DNA of 64,000 nt, taken from positions 9,787-73,786 of IMG/VR virus record IMGVR_UViG_3300015214_000024; one strand, given 5' to 3'. The stretch is from a virus (taxonomy: Duplodnaviria > Heunggongvirae > Uroviricota > Caudoviricetes). Positions 44,514 to 53,041 of this stretch are shown piece after piece. The notes below the pieces were generated by a model. It searched no databases. It had not been told where the DNA came from and was given only the letters and a program-made list of their open reading frames with translations. Positions within the stretch are counted from its first letter, which is position 1; each line of letters opens with the position of its first letter. Made by a program: the position numbers and the translations under genes.

Positions 44514-45686
44514 ATGTTCAAGTTTGTCCACATTTACCACCTCGACGACGTGCGTCACGCGATCTCGGAAGACTTCTTCCTGGCAGAGCGCGATTGGGGA
44601 TATGTGATCAACTATCACATCAACGCTTTTCCGGAAATCAAGGACGAGATGAGCGACGAGGAAAAGGCGCTTGAATATGCTCGTCGTGAATTCCGCGGCA
44701 TCAAGTTTGCCAAGGATGGTACGCTGCTGGCTCGTCCGTTCCACAAGTTTTTCAACTGGGGTGAGAAGGAAGCTGAGATGGCTCAGTTCGACTTCGATAT
44801 GCCTTTCGTGATTATGGACAAGCTGGATGGTTCGATGATCCATCCGATGTTGGTGGATAACAAGATCGTGTGGTGCTCCAAGATGGGCCCGACGGATGTT
44901 GCCCTACAGGCCGAAGCGTTTGTGGGAACCCATCCGGAATATGTGGAGTTTGTGCTGGCTGCTATGGGCGGCGGCTATACTCCGATTTTTGAATGGTGCT
45001 CGCGTAAGCAGCGCATTGTGGTCGACTATCCGGAAGATGCACTGATCCTGACTGCCATCCGCGACAACCGGACTGGCGAATATGTGGGTATGCCGTCAAT
45101 GAAAGCGAAGGCTGAGCATTACGGTATCCCGGTGGTGAAGACCTGGAATGGCACCTTCAACGGCATCACGGACTTTATGGAAGCCGTTGGTGGTGAAGAG
45201 CAGTGTGAGGGTTATATCATCCGGTTCGAGAATGGCCATATGGTCAAGCTCAAGAACGCCTGGTACTTGAATCTGCACCGTGCCAAGGATCAGCTGAGCA
45301 ACGAAAAGAATGTCTACCGTCTAGTGCTCAGCGAGCATCACGATGACCTCTTGCCGCAGTTGGATCCGGATACCCGCAAGGCTCTGGAAAACTTTGCTTC
45401 TGACCTGAGCAACGCTGTGAAGGTACAAGCTGCTACGCTGGCCAACGCTGTGGCTGAGAATTGGAAGCTCTACAGCAACCGCCGTGATTTTGCTCTCAAC
45501 TTTGGTAGCAAACAGGAACTCTCCGCCGTGGTCTTCAAGATCCTGGATGGTAAGGATTCCTACGAAGCTCTTGTTGATTGGCTGCTGGCTCAGACGTCGA
45601 CTCAAGCCAAGCTGGATGCTGCTAAGAAGAAGTTCGGTCAGCTCAACTGGTCGGAATATTATTACGCGGTGGATATGGATGGCTAA
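44514..45686 (+). CDS. rnlA: RNA ligase 1 (T4 RnlA-like)
   Basis: collinear similarity to T4 Rnl1: FRGIKFA, PFHKFFNWGE, motif I IMDKLDGSM, DNRTGEY, EGYIIRFENGHMVKLKNAWY. Confidence 0.8.
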   Translation: MFKFVHIYHLDDVRHAISEDFFLAERDWGYVINYHINAFPEIKDEMSDEEKALEYARREFRGIKFAKDGTLLARPFHKFFNWGEKEAEMAQFDFDMPFVIMDKLDGSMIHPMLVDNKIVWCSKMGPTDVALQAEAFVGTHPEYVEFVLAAMGGGYTPIFEWCSRKQRIVVDYPEDALILTAIRDNRTGEYVGMPSMKAKAEHYGIPVVKTWNGTFNGITDFMEAVGGEEQCEGYIIRFENGHMVKLKNAWYLNLHRAKDQLSNEKNVYRLVLSEHHDDLLPQLDPDTRKALENFASDLSNAVKVQAATLANAVAENWKLYSNRRDFALNFGSKQELSAVVFKILDGKDSYEALVDWLLAQTSTQAKLDAAKKKFGQLNWSEYYYAVDMDG

Positions 45687-45745
45687 GGCTCGAGCCTTTA
45701 TGCTTAATGTGATGATGGTCATTATTGTGGTCATCATCACATTCA
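45676..45745. repeat. two palindromes: AAGGCTCGAGCCTT and 12-bp arms AATGTGATGATG/CATCATCACATT
   Basis: perfect inverted repeats downstream of rnlA stop. Confidence 0.45.
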
Positions 45746-46086
45746 TATTCTAATCTATAAGAGATAATGATTCATTATATCAGATCGAATGTTATCGATC
45801 TGTCAGAGTCAAATGTCGAGTGATCTGTGTGAGTGAATCAGTAAGATGAGTGTATGATTATATTCGAATCAATGGTCCTGCTCAACACCGTATCAAAAAA
45901 TATAAAATTTTTTTCACGGCCCGCAGGCCCATTATACAGTATGAAAAAATACTGTCAATAAAAAAAGGCAAAGAAAATAGAGCTTTATTCACTTTTTTTA
46001 GCAGAATTTCGAACTTTAGTCAATAAAATACGCTGGATGAATACAACTTTTTCATCCAGTCAAACTTTTAGTAATGCGAGGAAAAA

Positions 46087-46160
46087 TGTTGGTCAATGTT
46101 AGTAGATGGTGGCCAATGTTAGTAGGTGTTAGTAGAACAGAGTAGGTGTTAGTAAGTACA
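46087..46160. repeat. iteron cluster: about 5 direct repeats of GTTAGTAG
   Basis: CAATGTTAGTAG x2, GTGTTAGTAG, AGAGTAG, GTGTTAGTAAG. Confidence 0.45.
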
Positions 46161-46244
46161 TTATTATATAGCACGTCTGAAGGAAATATTTCAACCTTGT
46201 TAACGTTATTTTGTAGGGTTAACGAAAAAAAATGAAAAAAGTCA

Positions 46245-46277
46245 TTGACGGCCCTTGGTACATTTTATATAAGGGCG
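46245..46277 (+). promoter_or_regulatory. sigma70-like promoter TTGACG-N17-TATAAG(GGCG)
   Basis: upstream of MoxR-type gene. Confidence 0.4.
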
Positions 46278-46390
46278 ATGTAACGACGCAGATGCACTAA
46301 AAAATTTGCAAAATGCAAAATTAGGTGCTGACGCAGAGTTACCGAATGCGTATAACGCAATTGTTCAACCATTGAGAAGGAAGAAGTTTA

Positions 46391-47512
46391 ATGCGTCCCA
46401 TCGAAGTTTCTGAAGCAATTAGCGTTTACGCTACTGCTAACGTCCCCGTTATGCTGTGGGGACAGCCGGGCGTTGGCAAGTCGGACGTTGTCCGCCAGCT
46501 TGCTGCCAAGACCCCGGGCAAGTTCCTCAACCCGCTGACGGGCAAGAAGGAACGCAAGGTTTTCGACGTTCGCCTCGCACTGCTGGATCCGACCGACCTG
46601 CGCGGCATTCCCTACTACGACCCCGAGATGAAGACCGCCCGCTGGGGCCAGTCCTGCATCCTTCCGATGATGGGCCGTGAGGAAGACGAGGATGCTATCC
46701 TGTTCCTCGACGAGATCAACTCCGCTCCCCCGGTTATCCAGGCAGCCGCTTACCAGCTTGTCCTCGACCGCAAGGTTGGCGAATACGAGCTTCCGAAGGG
46801 CGTGACGATTATCGCTGCTGGTAACCGCCAGTCCGACAAGGGCGTGGTGTTCCAGATGCCCACTCCGCTGCTCAACCGCTTTGCCCACATTGACTTTACG
46901 GTCAGCAACGACGACTGGATCGAATTCGCGGTCGGCGCCGGCATCCACCCCAGCATCATCGGCTTCATCAACTTCAAGAAGGATATGCTCAACAAGTTCG
47001 ACAGCCGTGGCAAGAACTCCGCGTTCGCTACCCCGCGCGCCTGGGCGTTCCTGGACCGCGTTATCCGGGCTGCTGAAGCTGCTGGCACCAAGGACACGAT
47101 GATCCGCAAGCTCGCAGACGGCGTGGTTGGTGAAGGCGCTGCTGTTGAGTTTATGAGCTACCGCAAGTCCGCGGAGAAGCTTCCGAACCCGGACAGCATC
47201 CTCGATGGAACGCTGAAGAAGCTTCCGGAAGATGTCAAGCAGGATATCAGCATCCACTTTGCGCTCGTGACCAGCCTGGTTGCGGCCATCAAGGAACGCT
47301 TCGAGAACGCCAACAAGAACCCCAAGGACGAGAAGTTCGCGAAGGCTGGTGGTAACTTCCTCAAGTTCCTTAACACGGAACTCAAGGACGAGCTGACGCT
47401 GTTTGGCATCCGTTCAGCAATGAAGACTCACCAGGTTATGCTTGCTACTCTTCCCGAGTTCCGCACTGACGTTAACCAGAAGTTCCAGAAGGTGCTCTCA
47501 ATGGTTGGCTAA
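46391..47512 (+). CDS. MoxR/CbbQ/CobS-type AAA+ ATPase (AAA_5)
   Basis: Walker A GQPGVGKS, Walker B ILFLDEIN, sensor AAGN. Confidence 0.8.
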   Translation: MRPIEVSEAISVYATANVPVMLWGQPGVGKSDVVRQLAAKTPGKFLNPLTGKKERKVFDVRLALLDPTDLRGIPYYDPEMKTARWGQSCILPMMGREEDEDAILFLDEINSAPPVIQAAAYQLVLDRKVGEYELPKGVTIIAAGNRQSDKGVVFQMPTPLLNRFAHIDFTVSNDDWIEFAVGAGIHPSIIGFINFKKDMLNKFDSRGKNSAFATPRAWAFLDRVIRAAEAAGTKDTMIRKLADGVVGEGAAVEFMSYRKSAEKLPNPDSILDGTLKKLPEDVKQDISIHFALVTSLVAAIKERFENANKNPKDEKFAKAGGNFLKFLNTELKDELTLFGIRSAMKTHQVMLATLPEFRTDVNQKFQKVLSMVG

Positions 47513-47526
47513 TCCCCAACTATGTT

Positions 47527-47562
47527 GAGGGGTGGGGTTAATTTCTCCACCCCTCCTTTTTT
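47527..47562 (+). terminator. rho-independent terminator GAGGGGTGG...CCACCCCTC-T6
   Basis: 9-bp GC stem plus T-run. Confidence 0.75.
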
Positions 47563-47565
47563 GTA

Positions 47566-47594
47566 TTGACTGAGTTGGCTTGTCACTGTATAAG
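47566..47594 (+). promoter_or_regulatory. sigma70-like promoter TTGACT-N17-TATAAG
   Basis: upstream of vWA gene. Confidence 0.5.
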
Positions 47595-47622
47595 ATAAGT
47601 CTAACAAGCAAAGGAACGCTAA

Positions 47623-48870
47623 ATGAGTAATCCTACCGCATCCGAGATTATGACCGCAGGCCGGTTTTTTATGATGCAGAAGTTTCCGTTCTTCGCTTAC
47701 CTGCTCTTCAACCTCGAAGTTATTGAGCTCGGCGAGGATAACAATCCCTGGAAGCTTCAGACCGCTGCTGTTGACGGAAAGCGCTTCTGGTATAACCCTA
47801 GCTTCATCCAGGAAATTTACCAGGAAGGGCTCAAGGAGAGCAAGGAAATTGGTAACCACAAGGTGGCCTTCCTTTGCGCCCACGAAGTGATGCACTGTGC
47901 CCTTGGTCACTTGGGCCGCCGAATCGACCGCGATCCTGAAATCTGGAACCAGGCGGCAGACTACGCCATCAACGCGATGCTCGTTGAGGCGAAGCTCACT
48001 ATGCCCAAAATTGGTCTGTATGACAAGAAATACAGCGGTTGGTCGGCAGAAGAGATTTATGACGACCTGCTCAAGAATCCGGACAAGACCAAAGGTAAGT
48101 CCACGCTGGACGTTCACGCTGGCCAACCTGGCTTCCCTGGCGAGGGTGATGGCCAGGGCCAGGATCCTAATGGCGGCGGCGACCCGGCTGATGCCCTGAG
48201 CCCTGAAGAGCTTCAGGACCTCAAGGACCAGTGGGAAGAGAATATGGTCCAGGCTGCCCAAAACTGCAAGGACGCTGGTAACATTCCGGCCGGCTTTGAG
48301 CGACTGATCAAGAAGATCACTGAGCCCAAGGTTAAGTGGAACGAATATATCGAGACTGTCATCAAGTCGCTCGTGCGTTCGGACTACACCTGGCGCATTC
48401 CGAACAAGCGGGTGTTCGCTAACGGCATTACTATGCCCAGCTTGGACTATGATGACTCCGTGGAGATTGGCATTGCGATCGATATGAGCGGATCCATTAG
48501 CGACGAAGAAGCGGCTGTTTTCCTTGGGGAAATTAAGTCCATTATGGGACAGTTCACTAACTTCAAGATCCACATCGCTTGCTTCGATAGCGCTCTCCAC
48601 GCGCCCGCAACGCTGGAGAGTGAGGAAGACCTGGATAACTACGAACCCAAGGGCGGTGGCGGTACCACCCCTATGGCGTGGTGGAACTGGGCTATGAAGC
48701 AGGATTGGTACGATACGGTCGGTACTGTGATTATGTTCACGGACGGCTACATTGGTGGTCCAGAGCACTGGGGTCCGGGTGAGGAGAAGAGCCCTAACAC
48801 GATTTGGCTCGTGAAGGGCAGTGACTACGAGGGCCCATACGGTACCACGATCCTCTACGAAAAGCTCTAA
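47623..48870 (+). CDS. vWA-domain protein with N-terminal zincin-like HExxH domain (DUF2201/CobT-like partner of MoxR ATPase)
   Basis: HEVMHCALGH; MIDAS-like IAIDMSGSISDEE. Confidence 0.7.
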   Translation: MSNPTASEIMTAGRFFMMQKFPFFAYLLFNLEVIELGEDNNPWKLQTAAVDGKRFWYNPSFIQEIYQEGLKESKEIGNHKVAFLCAHEVMHCALGHLGRRIDRDPEIWNQAADYAINAMLVEAKLTMPKIGLYDKKYSGWSAEEIYDDLLKNPDKTKGKSTLDVHAGQPGFPGEGDGQGQDPNGGGDPADALSPEELQDLKDQWEENMVQAAQNCKDAGNIPAGFERLIKKITEPKVKWNEYIETVIKSLVRSDYTWRIPNKRVFANGITMPSLDYDDSVEIGIAIDMSGSISDEEAAVFLGEIKSIMGQFTNFKIHIACFDSALHAPATLESEEDLDNYEPKGGGGTTPMAWWNWAMKQDWYDTVGTVIMFTDGYIGGPEHWGPGEEKSPNTIWLVKGSDYEGPYGTTILYEKL

Positions 48871-49049
48871 CGGGCTCTCCATAGGGGCTTTCCCGTGCGC
48901 AAGTTAGCGTGGATGGGGCTGGCAGGTAACTGTCGGCCCCATCGTTTTGGCTTGTGCTTTATCCACAGAAATGCACAACTCGCCCTAAAATACTCATTGA
49001 CTCGTCGTTGGCATCTGCTATGTAGAAGATGCGTAGGAGGCGCACATCA

Positions 49050-49844
49050 ATGGATAATAAAGAATACAGTCTTAAAATTTTGACTAAGACTGGGAGTAAC
49101 ATTTTAGATCCAGATTATTTCGGATATAAGTCGCTGGAAAGGAAGCTCGGACGCGCCCCTATCCTCTCAGATTTTGATCGGTTTAGTCTCAACTCGTATG
49201 CTGAATATCAGGCAATCAATGAGCTCAAAGCCATATTGTCTGATCCCAGCAACACTATTCACATTCGTTTCAACCACGGTGCCCGCGCCGGATCGATTGC
49301 TCGCGTGTCTAACCCTGCTGATATTTTCAGGTCAGATACTACTGGGTATCGTGGCAGCGTTATGTTGGATTGGGATTGCAAGCTGGAAGTCGTCTGGGAC
49401 GACAAGAAAACTTGGAAGTTCAAGTTCACTCGCCACGTTGATGACAAGGTTATTGGTGAAGGCAAGCATCACGATTTCTTGATCAATTACGCCGGGCCTA
49501 GCGTCAAATCCTTTGAAAAGAAGGAACGAGTCGAACTCCCGCCAGCGTATGTTGAAGACGCATATGGTCGTGAAATCCAAGTAGGCACTTGGGTTTTGGA
49601 CAACCGGTTCAAGCTGGGCCGCATTGAGCGGATCAGTCACGCAGGCACCCTGTGGATTGATTTCCTCCAGCAATCTCTTGGATCCAAGTATGCAGTCAAG
49701 GGCCACGTGCAACAGTTTGGGCGTTCCCCTAGGGAATTGCTGGTGATGGAATTGCCTGATGGTTTCGAGACTACTGCAATCATTATGGACAAGGACATTC
49801 GGGATTTCGTAATCACGCCCACATTCAAGTTTGGCTACGAATGA
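49050..49844 (+). CDS. hypothetical protein, paralog of 22393..23076
   Basis: AGGAGG RBS; shared motifs. Confidence 0.55.
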   Translation: MDNKEYSLKILTKTGSNILDPDYFGYKSLERKLGRAPILSDFDRFSLNSYAEYQAINELKAILSDPSNTIHIRFNHGARAGSIARVSNPADIFRSDTTGYRGSVMLDWDCKLEVVWDDKKTWKFKFTRHVDDKVIGEGKHHDFLINYAGPSVKSFEKKERVELPPAYVEDAYGREIQVGTWVLDNRFKLGRIERISHAGTLWIDFLQQSLGSKYAVKGHVQQFGRSPRELLVMELPDGFETTAIIMDKDIRDFVITPTFKFGYE

Positions 49845-50224
49845 CCAAGGAAGAATTCCTTGAGAAATACGAACACCGGAGACCATTCCTAGAATGGTGC
49901 TCCGGTGGGATGGATGGTGGCAATTGCTGGGGTGACGAGGCCACTGAAATCTACCCGGATGAAGAACCCAAAATTGACGATGCCATCTGGGATTTCTTGA
50001 ATCTATTCACAGACAATGTATCTGACCAGGAGTTTGCGGCTATTAAATATGCGCCCGGGCTTGAGGTAGAAAAGGAATGGACAGATAACGAGTATTATGG
50101 TAACTATTACTACCGCCATTCTAAAACTATTGACCTTGAGGTAATTTGGCCCTTCATTGAATTAATCATTGACGTGCCTGAATCAGATGCTAGAAAGGCG
50201 CATTATATTTTGATGGAGGATTGA
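49841..50224 (+). CDS. hypothetical acidic protein (127 aa)
   Basis: ATGA coupling. Confidence 0.5.
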   Translation: MTKEEFLEKYEHRRPFLEWCSGGMDGGNCWGDEATEIYPDEEPKIDDAIWDFLNLFTDNVSDQEFAAIKYAPGLEVEKEWTDNEYYGNYYYRHSKTIDLEVIWPFIELIIDVPESDARKAHYILMED

Positions 50225-50225
50225 T

Positions 50226-50510
50226 ATGAAGAAATACAATCGGAATATCAATGTGAAAATTTACCACTCTGTGGAAGAAATTTATGACTCCGTCAACAAC
50301 GACCCCAAGCGCCCTGGCTTCCAGATAGCTTATCTGGATCGCTCCTCTAACACTAAAACCAAACAAGCCTGGATGCAGCACCTTATTCAAAATGGTTACT
50401 CTGTTGCAGAGATAGCAGAGAAACGGCCCCACCTCGGTAACGAGGAATATGTCGCACTCATCATCAAGGCTGGCCCTGCTGATGTGCTGGCTTTGAAATT
50501 TTGTTTCTGA
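50226..50510 (+). CDS. hypothetical protein (94 aa)
   Basis: coupled. Confidence 0.5.
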   Translation: MKKYNRNINVKIYHSVEEIYDSVNNDPKRPGFQIAYLDRSSNTKTKQAWMQHLIQNGYSVAEIAEKRPHLGNEEYVALIIKAGPADVLALKFCF

Positions 50511-50574
50511 TTTTTGTTGACGCTCGTAGCAAAAACAAATAGACGGGTGGCATAGCAAGCAAGGAGTAATTGAA

Positions 50575-51411
50575 ATGGCACGTATGAATTTCGTTACCGC
50601 AGTCAAGACCGGCCTCACGATCGACCAGATCCGCGAAGCCGCCCCCTCAGTGTTCAACCTTCACGCTCACGAAAGCCGTAGCGAGCGTTACAATGTGGCG
50701 CCCACTGTCGAGGTCGTGGAAGCTATGATGGCTGATGGCTTCAAGGTTGTCCTTGCAGGGCAGCAGCGGAGCCGCTCTGCAGACAAGCTGCTCTTCACTC
50801 GCCACGTGCTGCGCCTCCGTAAAGACGGCGTCCACAGCATCAATGATTGCTTCCCTGAAGTGATCCTCACTAACAGCCACGATGGCTCCTCGAGCTATCG
50901 CCTGATGTTCGGTATGTTCCGCTCGCTTTGCCAGACCCAGCTGTCGGTAGGTGATGCGACGATTGCCGGCCAGAAGGTCACTCATAGCGCCAAGGACACT
51001 GCTGAAAAAGTGGTTGAAGGTGCAAATGATGTGCTGGCCAAGACCCCTGTCCTCAAGGAAGCTATGGACAAGTGGCTGGGTATTGACCTCACGGAGAAGG
51101 AGCAGGAACTCCTTGCCAAGCAGGCACTGACTCTCCACTATGGCGATCGCGTCCCTCCGATTACTGAGCACGAAGTCCTGCGCGCGACTACTCGTTACGA
51201 TGAAGGCGCCAGCCTCTGGAACACCTTTCTCCGGATCCAGAAGAATCTCACGGAGGGCGGCATTGTTTACCAGCGCACTGGTGGTAAGCACAAGCGCGGC
51301 ACCACTCGTGGCATCCGGGGCATTCACCGTAGCCTCCAGTTCAACCGCAAGCTCTGGGACCTGGCATCGGCTACTGCTGAGATGGCGCCGTCTTCGACTC
51401 CAGCAGTATAA
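50575..51411 (+). CDS. DUF932-like phage/plasmid protein
   Basis: NSHDGSSSY signature; AAGGAG RBS. Confidence 0.5.
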   Translation: MARMNFVTAVKTGLTIDQIREAAPSVFNLHAHESRSERYNVAPTVEVVEAMMADGFKVVLAGQQRSRSADKLLFTRHVLRLRKDGVHSINDCFPEVILTNSHDGSSSYRLMFGMFRSLCQTQLSVGDATIAGQKVTHSAKDTAEKVVEGANDVLAKTPVLKEAMDKWLGIDLTEKEQELLAKQALTLHYGDRVPPITEHEVLRATTRYDEGASLWNTFLRIQKNLTEGGIVYQRTGGKHKRGTTRGIRGIHRSLQFNRKLWDLASATAEMAPSSTPAV

Positions 51412-51420
51412 CAATTAAAA

Positions 51421-51447
51421 AGGAGGGTTAACGCCCTCCTTTTTTTC
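51421..51447 (+). terminator. rho-independent terminator AGGAGGG-ttaacg-CCCTCCT-T7
   Basis: stem plus T-run. Confidence 0.75.
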
Positions 51448-51572
51448 TGATCATCCATCTGTTAACTTTACTAATTAACGTTAACAAAAATCAGAAGGTT
51501 TTTTCGTCGCAAAAACAAATTAGGATTGACTCTGCTTCGAATTAGCTTATAACTCTTGAACAAGGAGATTTT

Positions 51573-52313
51573 ATGAGCACCCTCGAACGTTTAAAGGCGC
51601 AGTTCAATGTGATGGAGGATATCGTTGGCAAAGTTGCCTCCGGTAACCTCCGCGGGCTCATCATTACTGGTCCTGCTGGCATTGGTAAAACCTTCAACGT
51701 CCTCAAAACCCTCAAGGATTATCAGCTCTATGTCGCTCCCCTAGCTGGCATCCAGGCTGAGATTGAGGTTTGTGCCGGGCATATGACGACCGTAGGGCTA
51801 GTGCAAGCGCTGTGGCGTAATCGCCAAGAGGCTAACACCTTAGTGCTTGATGATATCGACACTGTGCTTGATACGCTCGATGCTATCAACATTCTCAAGG
51901 CGGCGCTTGATACTGGCAGTCAGCGTCACGTGTCGTATATGACTCAGAATGCTGCATTGCGTAAAGCAGGCATCCCTCAGCATTTCAATTTCAATGGTGC
52001 AATTATCTTGATCACAAACCAGGATATGGAAAATTGCAAGGGCAAGATGGCTCCCCATTTCAAGGCATTGGTGAGCCGCTGCTTCTATTTCGATCTCGGC
52101 TTTGAGGGTCGTGAAGACTGTATGACTTGGATCCAGCACGTTTCCGAAACTACTGGTATGCTGGGTGATGCAAAGAAAACTTCGGATATCCTCCGTTATA
52201 TGCGTCGCAACTTGAAGGACATTCGCGAGCTTAGCTTGCGCACTGCCGTCAAGCTTTCGTCCATTTACGGCAAAGGCTGGAAGGAAGTGGCTGATTTTAC
52301 GGTGTTGACATAG
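51573..52313 (+). CDS. AAA-family ATPase (P-loop NTPase)
   Basis: Walker A GPAGIGKT, Walker B LVLDDID. Confidence 0.6.
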   Translation: MSTLERLKAQFNVMEDIVGKVASGNLRGLIITGPAGIGKTFNVLKTLKDYQLYVAPLAGIQAEIEVCAGHMTTVGLVQALWRNRQEANTLVLDDIDTVLDTLDAINILKAALDTGSQRHVSYMTQNAALRKAGIPQHFNFNGAIILITNQDMENCKGKMAPHFKALVSRCFYFDLGFEGREDCMTWIQHVSETTGMLGDAKKTSDILRYMRRNLKDIRELSLRTAVKLSSIYGKGWKEVADFTVLT

Positions 52314-52361
52314 GATTCAAAATATTATATCAGCCGTGATATTGCTACAAGGAAAGGAAAT

Positions 52362-52520
52362 ATGAAGTACAATTATCGCCAGTACGATGAGGAAGATTAC
52401 AGCCTGGGTGATGAATACCGGGATAGTAAGCGTTCCCGTCGTGACAAGCGCGCTCGTGGCAAATATCGCCGCGACTCATTTGAAGGTCGTGATCGCGATG
52501 ATGATTGGGGATGGAACTGA
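52362..52520 (+). CDS. small highly charged Arg/Asp/Tyr-rich peptide (52 aa)
   Basis: AAGGAAAGGAAA RBS; TGATG coupling to next gene. Confidence 0.35.
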   Translation: MKYNYRQYDEEDYSLGDEYRDSKRSRRDKRARGKYRRDSFEGRDRDDDWGWN

Positions 52521-52987
52521 TGGAAATCGTCCCCAGCCCGCCAATTCCAGCCCCTGAGCTGCCACCGGTCAAGGTGTACAAACATCCTTTCCTTATGAGA
52601 ACGATGTTCGCTCTCGGACTGGGTTTGATCGGCGCGGCGATAACTTTCGCATTTGGATACTATTTGGTCCTAGGTGCAGCACCATTGATGATGAACTATG
52701 TCATCACGATGTCTGGTATTGCTTTTGTGCTGATGGGCTCAATGTATTTTTGGATGGATCTCTCCAAGCCTACAGTTACCCTGGAAGAGATGTGGTTCCG
52801 TAAACGCTTGGATCAAGCCCGCCATTGCGACACTCGTGTTGCTCAACTCAAAGCAGACTATGCTTTGCTGGAAGCGGCTGCTGATAGTCTGTATAATTCC
52901 CTAGGCAAGGAAGGCTTTGCAAAGCTGAAGGATGCTGACATCATCAATCACGCTGTCGAACTTGCTCGCAAAAAAACTGTTGACTGA
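52520..52987 (+). CDS. membrane protein (3 TM)
   Basis: hydrophobic helices. Confidence 0.5.
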   Translation: MEIVPSPPIPAPELPPVKVYKHPFLMRTMFALGLGLIGAAITFAFGYYLVLGAAPLMMNYVITMSGIAFVLMGSMYFWMDLSKPTVTLEEMWFRKRLDQARHCDTRVAQLKADYALLEAAADSLYNSLGKEGFAKLKDADIINHAVELARKKTVD

Positions 52988-53041
52988 CATTTCTGCCCTG
53001 CTATAAGGGCAAGGTATTCCACGCTAAACAAAGGATTAGTA

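Noticed and set aside
46388-48882. Long minus-strand ORFs (289 aa and 457 aa) antisense to the MoxR and vWA genes
   Set aside because: The sense-strand genes have clear Walker/MIDAS motifs, RBSs, promoters and terminators. The antisense frames are GC-rich artefacts without translation signals.
50647-51414. 255-aa minus-strand ORF antisense to the DUF932 gene
   Set aside because: Same reasoning. It has no RBS, and the plus-strand ORF has the conserved family motif and a terminator.
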